Origin: Phoronis australis
Lineage: Eukaryota; Animalia; Phoronida
Reading direction: 5' to 3'
Length of the DNA: 64,000 nt
Assembly: GCA_002633005.1 (NCBI GenBank)
Contig: NMRA01000071.1
Location: 27,842 to 91,841, forward strand
Every line of letters begins with the position of its first letter. The stretch's first letter is position 1. Under the pieces are notes generated by a model. It saw only the letters and a list, made by a program, of their open reading frames with translations. It ran no database searches and was not told where the DNA came from. Position numbers and translations under genes: made by a program. This document shows, in pieces, positions 13,892 to 26,365 of the stretch.

Positions 13892-15035
13892 GGGGACATC
13901 CCACTATTTCGAAAGTTTACTACTCGGAAGGTTTACTGACTACTCCGAAGGTTCACTACTTCAACGATTCACCACTCCGAAGATTCACCGCTCCAAAATA
14001 TCTAAACTTTCAGACTCAGATGTAATTTTTAAACTTTTACATGCTAAAATAAACGATGTTTCGGCTATTAGATGCACCTATAACGAAAACAACGCCCGGG
14101 CACTAAAACACTGTCTTTAGGTTTTATGTAGACAGTGACCACCGTCTCCAGCTGGCCAGCACAACCAGAAACGTTAGTCAGATTTCATGCACATGCGAAA
14201 TTGCCCGCATGCCTTAAAATGAGTACGCACTTGCATTTTAAAATGATATGAAGTAGGAATACTGATGAATTATCAGCCATGACACAATTCATCAAATCCA
14301 TGTCAAGATCGAATCGCAGCGCGACGCACACAGCCTGGTCGAAATTAAATGAAGTTACTAGGCCACCCTGTCCCTGCCAGTCCTCACGAAGTCAGGGAGT
14401 CCCATTTAGTCTTCTTAAATTTGAAACCGCCGTTGGTCGCCGCAGCCGTGCCCCAGATGTTGTCTCTGCTTGAGAATGAGTCGTGATCACACAACCAAAG
14501 TAGTGAACTGTCGGAATTCTGGGCCCAGTCTCGAATCTTTTTACTCGAAATGGAACTCGAAATAATGTTTGGCATTTTTAATCTACTTTTGTGCGAACTC
14601 AAGATAAGTGTCCATTACTCAATGCTCGAATACATAATGACTTACGTGGATGGTTGATTAGTTCTAGTTCGCAGTTGACGAATTCAACATTAAACCTAAA
14701 AGTTTGAGTTTAAACTCGAAGTTTCGAGTTTTTACTCGAGTTTGTAGCACGCATATAAGGGTTTTTAAGTGCAAACTTGGACTAGAAACTCATATGCATG
14801 AACTATAATTATTCGAGCACAATCTGATAACCACTTATCTTGAGTTCGCACAAAAAGAGCAGAGAAATTGCCAAAAATGATTTCCAGTTCGTTTTGAGTG
14901 CAAAGAATAGGACCGGGCCCAGGGTTTGGAAATTCAAAGTAGTGATCTTTAGAAGATAACGAACCTTCGGAGTAATGGGCATTTTGAGTACTGGACCTTC
15001 GGAGTATTGAACCTTCGTCATAGTGACATGGAACC
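13892..15035. mobile_element. Nested non-autonomous TIR element with subterminal (t)ccgaagg repeats
   Basis: imperfect GG..CC TIRs (ggggacatcccactatttcgaaag / cttcgtcatagtgacatggaacc); flanking direct repeat ctggaaat at 13884-13891 and 15036-15043. Confidence 0.65.
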
Positions 15036-15849
15036 CTGGAAATCTTTTCCATCTAGTTTGTGGCTCGTATGAAGTCTGCAGGGTTGTGCACCATTGAAAT
15101 GATTGACTAGAGAAGATTTTCATTGACCAAAGTTGCGGTCTATGCCTACCTTTCCATCATAACGTGAAAATGCTCAACGGTGTATTCTCAGTGCAAGAAA
15201 ACACAGTAGTTGAAGGTCTGGCTTTTAGCACGACGGAGGACTGCCTATAATGAATTTACTGTCAGCATGTACTGAATTTAAAAGAACAGAAACGTTCAAA
15301 GGTGTACACGCATGCATGTCAATCCATCAATCAACAATCAAAGTGGACGCTGGTTGAACAACATATTTGCATATTTGACGATCACTTTCAATTCAAAATT
15401 TGAAAAAGCCTATACTTCTACCGTACTATGGTTGCAATTAAACCAAAAATAGCAGAAAAACAAATCTCAATTTTTCTGCTGTTTTGTTTCTTGGCCGAGT
15501 TTAAGGCATTCACTCCGCACTACTTTTTGGGAGTTCTCTCGTTGTTATTTACATTAACATGAAGCTTACTTAGGTCTTTGGGCTAGACTTTTATGCTTAG
15601 GTATAGACATTAACTTCTGGACTCACTTGTTACCCTTTGTTTTAGCCACTACGGGCGTGGTTTATGAATAACATAAAGCCTCCTCTTATCGTATGCACAA
15701 TCCTGTCATCTACACAAACAGCTGCACTTGGGCGAAGTTTGCCGAGTTCGGTCCGACGCCACGTGACGCTGTTTGAATCAGAAGCGAACTCAAAATTATT
15801 GCTAACTTAGTTATCATTGTAGTTAGCACCAGTAGCTGCAACAATTTTG

Positions 15850-16045
15850 NNNNNNNNNNNNNNNNNNNNNNNNNNNNNNNNNNNNNNNNNNNNNNNNNNN
15901 NNNNNNNNNNNNNNNNNNNNNNNNNNNNNNNNNNNNNNNNNNNNNNNNNNNNNNNNNNNNNNNNNNNNNNNNNNNNNNNNNNNNNNNNNNNNNNNNNNNN
16001 NNNNNNNNNNNNNNNNNNNNNNNNNNNNNNNNNNNNNNNNNNNNN
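15850..16045. other. Assembly gap
   Basis: run of N. Confidence 1.
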
Positions 16046-17307
16046 CCTCAGGCGCGATTTTTCTGGTTTTCATGCCCTGACATAAACTTGCTGACAAAAA
16101 TCTCTCACCTTGTGCGGTGACCTATGTCGTACAGACTTAGTGGCTGTATTGAAAATTGAAGTGCCTGGTTCCTGATTGTGATGCTTATTCAGCGTGAATG
16201 CGCTTATAATCAATTTTGTTTCGACTCTTTATTTGTCTGATGGAGGCATCTTACTGTTTTGCCACATGCAATGATGCTGAAAATCGGGCGATTGGTTTCA
16301 AGCGGTTTCCTGGTGGGTTGATCTAGCTCAACTCAGGTACTTGGGCGTGTCTGGTGGGGCTAACCCACCACTAGATTTGTCTGGCAGTGTTTATTCGTGA
16401 TACCTGGGCTTACGGTGAATATTTTGGAACTAGTTTTAGGTGGTTACCTCTTGGATTGATGTAGCTCAATTTTTAACCCTTTTTGATAATCGTCTGGCAG
16501 GGCCACCCCACCACTGAAATTGTCTGGCATCTAACTGTTGTTCCATGTTCAGTGATGCTGAACATCGTGCAATTGGTTTCAAACGGTTACCTGATGGGTT
16601 GATCTAGCTCAATTCTGGTATTTGGGCGTGTCTGGCGGGGGTAACCCACCACTAGATTTGTCTGGCAGTGTTCATTCGTGATACCTGGGCTTACGGTGAA
16701 TATTTTGCGACTGGTTTCAAGCGGTTACCTCTTGGATTGATCTAGCTCAATTTTTGTACCCTGTATATGTTCGTCTGGCAGGTACTCCCTACCACTGAAA
16801 TTGTCTGGCAGTGACCAATTTTGATACAATGGATGACGTAGCAGGTACTGAAGGCAGTTTTAAGTTGTTACCAGAAAAGTTGATCTAGCTCAATTTTTTA
16901 GTGCAATTCTCTTGGCTCCCCTGACCACACCCACCAGAGCGAACCTACCAGACGGCCATTTCCAAGCATCAGGATATCCATAGAGCACTGTGGCACCAAA
17001 GAAAATTGGTTACCTTTTCATGCCCAAAAAAGCTCTGGGATCCCGGTCTATCAATGCTGCCAAAGATGATCTAACAATGGAGATCAACCAGCTGAGAGGT
17101 GGTATTGAGGTTCTTGAGTGTAATGGTAAACAGACTGTTGAATATGATGAAGTCAAAGACTGTTGTGATATTCAACGTGCCTTACAATGATAACGAAAGT
17201 GTTGATGCTTTGGTCAAAGACATTGTAGCCGAGATTGGTCATCCTGTGAACATAATAAGGGCTAAACGATTGCCGAGTCGAGTCACCGGTAAGCCAGGTC
17301 TGATTAA

Positions 17308-18222
17308 AGTGTACACAACATGACTCTAGTACCTCAAAATAAATTTTATTATTATTATATCTTACTTGATTTCAGTGCCTTTAGTGCAAAAATTGAAAAA
17401 AATAATAATTATGTACAACGTCATGGGTTGAACCCAAGTCGTTCGCCATACTTTTCGGATCAGAGACAAACTGTATAGAGTGAAGAGAAAGCAAAGTACA
17501 TTTAGCGTCGAGAAGGTTCGTAGAGGGATCAAAAGATGAGTTTCCGGAGGCTTCAGCAACAGCAGCCAGGCGGAGAACACCAAAGTTGCACAGAAGTGGC
17601 ATCGCTTCGTGCGCCGAACGAGAGTGTGGGACGTCATCGTGGACCAAGCGATTCGGTCCGGGGCCACTCTGTGTTCTGCCCACTTTCAGGACTCGGCGTG
17701 TTTCGACTCCAGTCACAGGAGAAGTTACGATGAAGGCCTGGTTCAATAAAGGACAATATTTATCATTCAGAAACATCAGCTCTTAATTCAGGATCGTCTG
17801 TTGGATGACTGGGTTGACTCGCCGAGCCCGAGGCCTCTTCTCTCGCGGGAGGATCCAGTTCGTAAGGCTCAAAGTAGAAAAGTACGCAGCCGGAAGCACA
17901 TTAAACTTGTTCTCTCTTTCGTGCAACCCCATTTCCTCATCCTGGCCACCACACGTTTTTTCATAGTATTCGTTAAATTCTTGCTCATGATCGTCGTCAA
18001 ATTCCCTGCTCTCTGCCATTGTTCAATGCTAGTCACTGATCTCTTGTGATCAACCCATGACGTCACATGGCGGGAAATGTGAAAATCGGCAAAATTGAAA
18101 GAAAAATCTAAATTTAGAGCTAATTACACAAAATAAACATGGTTTAGCTAAATTTTACGTCATATATTTAGTCTGTGGCCACCGGTAATTCAAAATGTGC
18201 AAAAATCCATGGTGTGTACTGT
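17308..18222. mobile_element. Kolobok-type deletion derivative inserted in LINE ORF1
   Basis: TTAA TSD (17304-07, 18223-26); TIR agtgtacacaacatg / catggtgtgtactgt; degenerate THAP on + (17528-17749: ..QKWHRFVRRTR..W..LCSAHF) and convergent KolX-like N-terminus on - (MAESREFDDD..FYFEPY). Confidence 0.85.
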
Positions 18223-18499
18223 TTAAAGCTGAACTGAGCACACAAGAAGAGAAAATTGCGATTATTCGCAAGAAAGGAAAGCTCAAAGACTCTGTTTTGT
18301 ATAGCAGGGTATATATCCGTGCTTCAAAATCCCTCACTGGGAGGTTGTTTGAATTAAACTGCAAACAGCTATTAAAAATGATTTCGGACGGGAATGATTA
18401 CAGATTCACTGGAAGTGGTCGGTTGGTGAGAAAAACAGCAGAAAATATCCTGAATAATGAAAGGAATGCATAGGAAAGAGAGTCGGCCAGAGTTACAGG

Positions 18500-21023
18500 G
18501 AAGCTCCGAGTCTATTCCTGGAATGTAAATGGTTGGACATCCAACAACAAAAGTCTGAGAGAGAAAGTAATTCGTGGGTCCGAAGCAGACATTTTCTGTA
18601 TCATTGAAACCCACTTGGCTAAAACTGCTGGTTCTTTTGTAGATGGGTTTGTTTGGTACGGCCATAACAGAAATACTATACATAGGCGTGCTATTAGACC
18701 ATCTGTGGGGATTGGAGTATTAGTTAAGTCAACTTTGTTACAGAAATATACTGTTAAGATTGTTGATAAATCTCATGATGGCATAATTGGACTGCAGTTT
18801 AGTAATGTGATTTCTGATTATAAGTTTGTTATATTTGTCTGTTATTTACCTCCAGAAAATTCCCCTTGGGGATGTGACCTCTGGACTTCTTATGCTCATT
18901 TGTTATGTCAGTTGTATTCCCTCGATGATGTTGATTCTGATGTGGAGACTTTAATGCCCGTATAACAGACTTGAAAGATTATGTACAGGATGTCGATGTA
19001 ATCCCCAGCAGACAGTCTTTAGATGGTTCTAAAAATAGGCATGGGGATTCCTTCATTGAATTTTGTATTGACTCAAAGTTTTGTGTTCTCAATGGGCGTG
19101 TATGTCCCGATCAAGATAACTTTACATTCGTATCTGGAAGGGGTTCTTCTGTTGTTGATTATATCCTTACGCATCATGAAAATTATTTGTCTGAAATTTG
19201 AAATTTATACACCCGTAGCGTTGGTAGACAAATTTGATCTTCTGAGTGAAATTTCTGGCGTTTGCCATATGCCAGATCATTCTTTACTTGCCCTTGATTT
19301 TCCGTACAGTATAATGGCAACCTTTCTCAGTTAAAGGAAGCTTGCATCGATTCCCCAAAGAGATATAAAGTTCGGTCAATTCCCGTAGACTTTATGAATT
19401 CTGAAATTTTTAATACTGCTATGCGAGAATTTATTGATTCTATTTTGGTCTGCAGAGCAACCCAAGAAAACATTGACTGTATCTACAGTAGGTTTTGTAA
19501 GTGTATATTTGATGAGATGGACAGAAAATTATTTTGTTCTAACTCAAAGAAGGTGAAAAGGAGATTTAAATCAAGCAAACCCTATTGGTGTGCTGAATTG
19601 TCCGAGCTTTGGAAAGATGTAAGTTTAAAGGAAAAAAATTGAAATGCAGCGGCTCTCGAGACGAACGCTCTTTACTGAGACGCCAATGTCAAAATGCCCA
19701 GGTTCTATTGGATAAAGTCCACAGGAGGATCGAAAGAAAATTTTTGAGAGATCAAGCTGACCTCATAGAATCTTTAAATTTCAATAACCCAACAGAATTT
19801 TGGAAGTACATTAAGAACTTGGGCCTCTCTTTTAGAAAGACAATACCCATGGAGGTATACGATGACACTGGAAACCCTAATACCAATAACCAATATGTTT
19901 TTAATAAATGGAAGAACGAGTATGAATCGTTATACAATGGTCCAACTGTAAATGAGTTTGACCGGGGATTTTATGCTGATATGCTTCTCAAAAAAGCTCA
20001 TCTTGAGTCGTTCAATAATCTTAACTTTGATGAAAATAGTATTTTGAATAAAAATATTACTCGCGATGAAGTAAAGCGGGTAGTGATGAAATCTAAATCC
20101 AATAAAGCAGTAGGAATTGATCATATTTGCTATGAAGTAGGTAAAAATGATAACGCTATTGACCTTTTGATTTATTTGTTCCAAATGGTTTTTCGTTGCG
20201 GTATGGTTCCTAGTTTATGGGCTAAATCCGTTATTATGCCTATTCCAAAGGGGTCAGAGAAGGACCCGCGCGTCCTGCTGAGTTATAGAGGTATCAGCTT
20301 GTTGTCTAACATATACAAGTTGTATAGTAGTGTATTGAACAATAGACTGGTTCAGTACGCGGAAGAAAACTGGCTCCTTGTTGATGAGCAAAATGGCTTT
20401 CGTCGTGACAGAGCATGTGTTGATCACGTCTTTGTTTTGACCTCGATTATACGTAATCACTTGAATAACAAACAATCCACATTTGCTACTTTTATTGATA
20501 TGCAAAAAGCTTTTGACTGGGTAGATAGAAATAGTTTACTTTTTAAATTGTTGGATCTTATGATAGTTGGAAAATTTTATGAATCAGTTGAAAATATGCG
20601 AAAACTCAATCCTGTGTTAAGATTAATAATACCTTTACGGACTGGTTTTATGCATCTTGTGGGGTCAAACAGGGAGATGTTTTATCACCTACTCTGTTTG
20701 CACTATTTATAAATGATTTGGCAAAGGAATTAAAACAGTCAAATTTAGGAATATCTATCGGTGCTGATAATGCTTCATCTTTGTTTTATGCTGATGATAT
20801 AGTGGTAATTGCCGAGAGCGAAGAAAATTTACAGGGTTTATTGAATATAGTTAATAAATGGTGCTCTAAATGGAGGCTAATTGTCAATAAGGAAAAAACT
20901 AATGTTATTCACTTCAGATCCAAGCATGTCTCTCGTAGTTTATATCCATTTCGGTTGGGTCGACTAGACCTAGAATATGTACCCAAATATAAATATTTAG
21001 GAATAATTTTAAATGAACATTTG
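18500..21023 (+). pseudogene. LINE ORF2 (endonuclease-reverse transcriptase), frameshifted
   Basis: ORF fragments 18615-18965, 18971-19201, 19394-19642, 19609-20712, 20718-21140 carry consecutive EN and RT motifs. Confidence 0.92.
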
Positions 21024-21330
21024 AAGTCTCCAATGCCCACAAGAAAGTTTAAAAAGCCACAGCGTGGTCAAATGCTAAATTGTCACAACCACAACAAACG
21101 TGACGCGTCGTCATTACTTACATGTATTAAACCACGATAAAACGAGAAGTAACAACAACAACAAAAACAACGCCACAGTTTAAGATCCTGCTGATGGTGC
21201 AGCAATTAATGTTACAGCTACTGCTGCTGATGGTGCAGCAACTAATATTACAGCTACTGCTGCTGCTATTCCTGTCACGACTTTATTACTATTATTGTCG
21301 GCTTCAGCAACTCGGACATTTTCGTTTCAG

Positions 21331-21366
21331 GTTCAGTTACTTTGAAGAGGAGCACCAACGAGGAAG
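21331..21366 (+). CDS. Candidate 36-bp micro-exon (phase 1-1): GSVTLKRSTNEE, contains dibasic KR
   Basis: strong acceptor cattttcgtttcag and donor AAG|gtaaga; joins in frame to exon 27718. Confidence 0.5.
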
Positions 21367-22576
21367 GTAAGAGACGCAAATAGTTGTAAGGTGGCCTCGT
21401 GTCACAAAATCCCAGTTTTTGACATGATTTGAAGCCTGCAGGTATGAATTTGGTCTCAGAGCGTAACTCAGACCAAATACATTTAGATATGAATTCTGGG
21501 ATTGAAAAGAACCGAAAGTCCGTTATCATTTGAGACCACATTCTTCAAGGTCAAGGTGACTTCTCATTGCGGGTCAGTTTAAGCCCTAACCATAGCCTCA
21601 AGAAATACTCATAGGTGCACAAAGGCTTGCTTCCGTGTGGGAGAGAAACAATTGCGAGCGAACCCTGTACCTCCTCTTGTCTACTGCTTTTTAAGCTCGG
21701 CCCCAAGACCGACGCCTCAGTTTTACACCCTTCCGTTCGCAGCTGACACCCGCTTTACCTCCACCTGTGAACCCCTTTGTTGTCGCCGATTTTCAACTCC
21801 CCCGCCGTACGCTGTTTGGTGGGTAGACACGATGAAGGCAGTCACCAAACTATTGGGTACCTAGACTTCAATAAACTTTTGTGAGGAAGGGCCACATTCT
21901 AGGTCTGAGGACTTTACGCGGTCACGCGATTAGGGCATGATTTTGACCTTCAAGAGGTATCTTCGGAATTTAAAAAGGTGCAAAAAAGATGTGCTGCCAC
22001 ACTCATTCTTGAGGGCGTATAAAAGTAACTTAAGAATATCCTATCATGCGCTTCAAAATACGGGAAGAAACAGTATCACCTTGTAATGAGTAGATAGAAC
22101 ACCGTGTCGGAAATTTCACTTAATTGGGGTTCAATTTGGGAAAGTTCACGTTATTAGGGTCATGCACTAAAAGTGCCGACTTTGGAAAGGAATTTTGCTT
22201 CAAAATCTATTGCTGGAAACGACTATCCAGTTTTCAAGTGTGGCAGACAAATGATTCTTAACTGTATTACGTCAATATTCACCGAAACACCATTTTCTTA
22301 AAATAGTTATTTCAAATTGGCATAAATAACGTGGTACACTTTGCTGCTTTGGGATGGACAAAGATTATCTTAAATTTCGTCCTGCATCAAAGTTCCCTTA
22401 AGCATCGTTAATTAACCTATAGCCAGGACTATGACTGACGGCTTAAATGACCAATCAGAACGCAGCATTCTTGACACACCTCCGTCTGCGTTTCCAAGCC
22501 GCAATTTTACCCGACAAACAACAAGTTGTCGTGTAAACTGATTTCTGTCTATTGCTCAAGAAATTGTGCAATAAGA

Positions 22577-22780
22577 ATGGTGAAACGATGTTGATGTGGC
22601 GAGTGTTATACTGACAGTCGTTATGGAGCTCGAGAAAAATGTCCCGTCATTTTTTGGGCATTCCCTTAGCCGAAAGGTGATGTCGACTGTGTAAACAATC
22701 GATAAAAGCCACACGAGCAGCTAAACTTGACAATGTTGCTGGATTATTCGAAGGTTAAACACAAAAATATTTGGTCCAAG
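22577..22780 (+). pseudogene. Degenerate THAP zinc-finger remnant of a DNA transposon
   Basis: MVKRC*CGECYTDSRY...FWAFP*PK...PHEQLN...NIWSK, with stops and a frameshift. Confidence 0.55.
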
Positions 22781-23249
22781 GTACGCACATTTCAATTTAG
22801 TGGCTACAGTGTAGGCTCCGGAGTTTCATTCGTCAGGCCGCCTTTGTCTCGGCACCTGCTGGATCCCAGGATGTCCCTGGAAATGTTGTTTTTAGGGACA
22901 CTTATATTATTTTTCATTTATTTGGACCTAAATGGCATCGTTTTGTTTCGTAGCAAAGGTAGATTTCTTGTTACTCATATACCCGTAGGCTGGCGTTCAA
23001 CTGAACTTCTCTCCAAAATTGAGAGATTCGATCGGCACAGGGAGGGCATTGGATTACTGACCTCAAAGCCTTGTTCGAGCTGTTGTCACGAAAAAAAAAT
23101 AATTGAATTACTTTTTGATCAGAACCTGTAGTATACACTTCGCATGTAGAGTTAGCGAGAGCTCATTTTTAAGTTGTTCAAATATGGTATTTAGATTTAT
23201 GAAGTTTTAAAAAAGAATGTGTTATTTTTGTAAATAGCCATTTTTGCCA

Positions 23250-26170
23250 CTACACCATCTTTTGTAACCATACCACATCTTAGTGATCATGTTACGTTTA
23301 AAAGTAACTGAAAGCTACCTTTTTGCAATGAAACCTCAAAAAATGTGAAATTCATCAGAAGGTAAGGCCAATTCCATGCTGGACATTGTCGTGGACCCTG
23401 CCCTAGACTTATGTACCGGAGCTAACTTGTTGCCTAGGACAAGATGAGTGTGTACTTGAGCTATGAACCTGGATTTTTTAATCAAACTGTTTCGTTCGAA
23501 GATTAGAAAAGCGTAAACAGTGCTATCGGCTCGAGCTATTTTTTAGTTGACGGAATTTAGAGGACGACAGAATAAAATATCGGTGAATCTTTACTGATTT
23601 TGTTCGAAGGATCCTGAAATATATGGCATCGCAAAGACAATTCTACTTTAAGGTACATATTCAGCTTTACATGAACATATCGCATCAGTGGCCTTGACAT
23701 TTGTCTGGTGAACCGGTGTGGGGTTCTTCGGATTTTCGCTGGCTCCGAAATACTTTTCCCGAACACTTTATTTTTCATCGTTACCTTTACAAATTTTCAC
23801 ATCATTAACGTACAATTCTCAGCTGAAAAGCATCGCCTGTTGTCTTTCTTTTCGGATAGAGCAAAAACACTCATCGATTCCACCAGGAACATCGTTTAGT
23901 GACAGTGTATTTGCCTCTGACATCTTGTTTGTTTGTCGGGTATAAGGTGACTTTTTGCAAGGGGGCGGAGCTTGCGATAGGTTAATTTCTTACAAGATTA
24001 GCGTATATTGAATACGTCAATCTTAGTAGGTACACTTTACAAAAGCAAGTAAGTAAAAACCCTGGAAATAACCTCGATGTGTTGTGTCATCACAACCTTG
24101 ATGCGTTGTGTCATCATAATCTTGATGCGTTGAGACATCACAACCTTGATGTGTTGAGACATCACATGGTAACCTAAAATGAGGCGCACAAAATCTGAGT
24201 TGACTGCCAGTTTGTGAAACTTGTTCCAAATCAATTCACAATTTCGTGAGTTGGCATAGAAATAAAGCTGATAGAAAACCAAGTGACCACAGGGCTTCGC
24301 AGAGCTCTCTCAGGAAATTTTCAAAATTTATTGATGTTCTTGTTTGGTGGTAGCCTGTCACGGCTTATGAGTTAAAATTTGCATTAAAAACACAATTCTT
24401 GGTTTAAGATTAACAGTACACACAGTTTAAGCACCTGTATTCGTTAGACATATACACGGTCATCAAAACCATGCCCCCTCAGTCAAATTGACACATATAC
24501 ACGGTCATCAAAACCATGCCGTATCAGTCTAATTGACACATGTACACGGTCATCAAAACCATGCCCTCTCGGTCTAACTAACACATGTACANCTACACCA
24601 TCTTTTGTAACCATACCACAGCTTAGTGATCATGCTACGTTTAAAAGTAACTGAAAGCTACCTTTTTGCAATGAAACCTCAAAAAATGTGAAATTCATCA
24701 GAAGGTAAGGCCAATTCCATGCTGGACATTGTCGTGGACCCTGCCCTAGACTTATGTACCGGAGCTAACTTGTTGCCTAGGACAAGATGAGTGTGTACTT
24801 GAGCTATGAACCTGGATTTTTTAATCAAACTGTTTCGTTCGAAGATTAGAAAAGCGTAAACAGTGCTATCGGCTCGAGCTATTTTTTAGTTGACGGAATT
24901 TAGAGGACGACAGAATAAAATATCGGTGAATCTTTACTGATTTTGTTCGAAGGATCCTGAAATATATGGCATCGCAAAGACAATTCTACTTTAAGGTACA
25001 TATTCAGCTTTACATGAACATATCGCATCAGTGGCCTTGACATTTGTCTGGTGAACCGGTGTGGGGTTCTTCGGATTTTCGCTGGCTCCGAAATACTTTT
25101 CCCGAACACTTTATTTTTCATCGTTACCTTTACAAATTTTCACATCATTAACGTACAATTCTCAGCTGAAAAGCATCGCCTGTTGTCTTTCTTTTCGGAT
25201 AGAGCAAAAACACTCATCGATTCCACCAGGAACATCGTTTAGCGACAGTGTATTTGCCTCTGACATCTTGTTTGTTTGTCGGGTATCACGTGACTTTTTG
25301 CAAGGGGGCGGAGCTTGCGATAGGTTAATTTCTTACAAGATTAGCGTATATTGAATACGTCATTCTTAGTAGGTACACTTTACAAAAGCATGTAAGTAAA
25401 AACCCTGGAAATAATCTCGATGTGTTGTGTCATCACAACCTTGATGTGTTGTGTCATCACAACCTTGATGCGTTGTGTCAACACAGCCTTGATGCGTTGT
25501 GTCATCACAATCTTGATGCGTTGAGACATCACAACCTTGATGTGTTGTGTCATCATAATCTTGATGCGTTGAGACATCACAACCTTGATGTGTTGTGTCA
25601 TCACAACCCTGATGTGTTGTGTCATTACAACCTTGATGTGTTGGGTCATCACAACCTTGATGTGTTGTGTCATCACAACCTTGATGTGTTGTGTCATCAC
25701 AACCTTGATGTGTTGAGACATCACATGGTAACCTAAAATGAAACTATAGGCGCACAAAATCTGAGTTGACTGCCAGTTTGTGAAACTTGATCCAAATCAA
25801 TTCACAATTTCGTGAGTTGGCATAGAAATAAAGCTGATAGAAAACCAAGAGAGCACAGGGCTTCGCGGAGCTCTCTCAGGAAATTTTCAAAATTTATTGA
25901 TGTTCTTGTTTGGTGGTAGCCTGTCACGGCTTATGAGTTAAAACTTGCGTTAAAAACACAATTCTTGGTTTAAGATTAACAGTACACACAGTTTAAGCAC
26001 CTGTATTCGTTAGACATATACACGATCATCAAAACCATGCCCCCTCAGTCAAATTGACACATATACACGGTCATCAAAACCATGCCGTATCAGTCTAATT
26101 GACACATGTACACGGTCATCAAAACCATGCCCTTTCCGTCTAACTGACACGGTCATCAAAACCATGCCCC
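23250..26170. repeat. Direct duplication (offset 1343 bp at its start) joined at a single N (24592); likely two haplotypes assembled in tandem
   Basis: 23250-24591 nearly identical to 24593-~26170; ORFs 23557/24900 and 23708/25051 are identical. Confidence 0.85.
25418..25725. repeat. 24-bp minisatellite, ~13 copies (only ~4 in the other copy at ~24075-24165)
   Basis: unit gatgtgttgtgtcatcacaacctt. Confidence 0.95.
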
Positions 26171-26365
26171 CTCGGTCTAACTGACACATGTACACGGTCA
26201 TCAAAATCACGCCCTCTCAGTCTAACTGACACAAGTACACGGTCATCAAAATCACACCCTCTCAGTCTAACTGACACATGTTCACGGCCATCAAAGTCAC
26301 ACCCTCTCAGTCTACCTGGCACATGTACACGGTCATCAAAATCACACCCTCTCAGTCTAACTGGC
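26014..26365. repeat. 45-bp minisatellite (also 24448-24591)
   Basis: unit cacatgtacacggtcatcaaaaccatgccccctcagtctaactga. Confidence 0.9.

Larger units (their letters stand above)
12434..17050. mobile_element. Academ-like non-autonomous DNA transposon with ~700-bp TIRs built from ~140-bp subrepeats
   Basis: termini TAGACCGGGATCCC...GGGATCCCGGTCTA, 4-bp TSD tcaa; arms 12434-~13140 and ~16345-17050 near-perfectly inverted; TAG..CTA ends with 3-4-bp TSD fit Academ. Confidence 0.85.
12273..21023 (+). mobile_element. Decayed LINE (CR1/L2-group-like), ORF1 plus ORF2 (APE endonuclease-RT), 3'-truncated and interrupted by two DNA-transposon insertions
   Basis: ORF1 pieces 12273-12433, 17055-17307, 18227-18473 rejoin in frame at both junctions (..GHL|NAAKDD.., ..GLI|KAELST..); ORF2 motifs SWNVNG, IIETHL, GDFNAR, SVVDYIL, PDHSLL, YRGISLLS, EQNGFR, FIDMQKAFDWV, GVKQGDVLSP, FYADD, YKYLG; several frameshifts. 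Confidence 0.92.

Noticed and set aside
15807-16097. ORFs spanning N gaps (also 60078-60458)
   Set aside because: Artefacts of translating across N runs.
25380-25757. Repetitive ORFs from minisatellites (also 46764-47261, 48075-48377, 48629-49042, 62984-63998)
   Set aside because: Translations simply mirror tandem repeat units.
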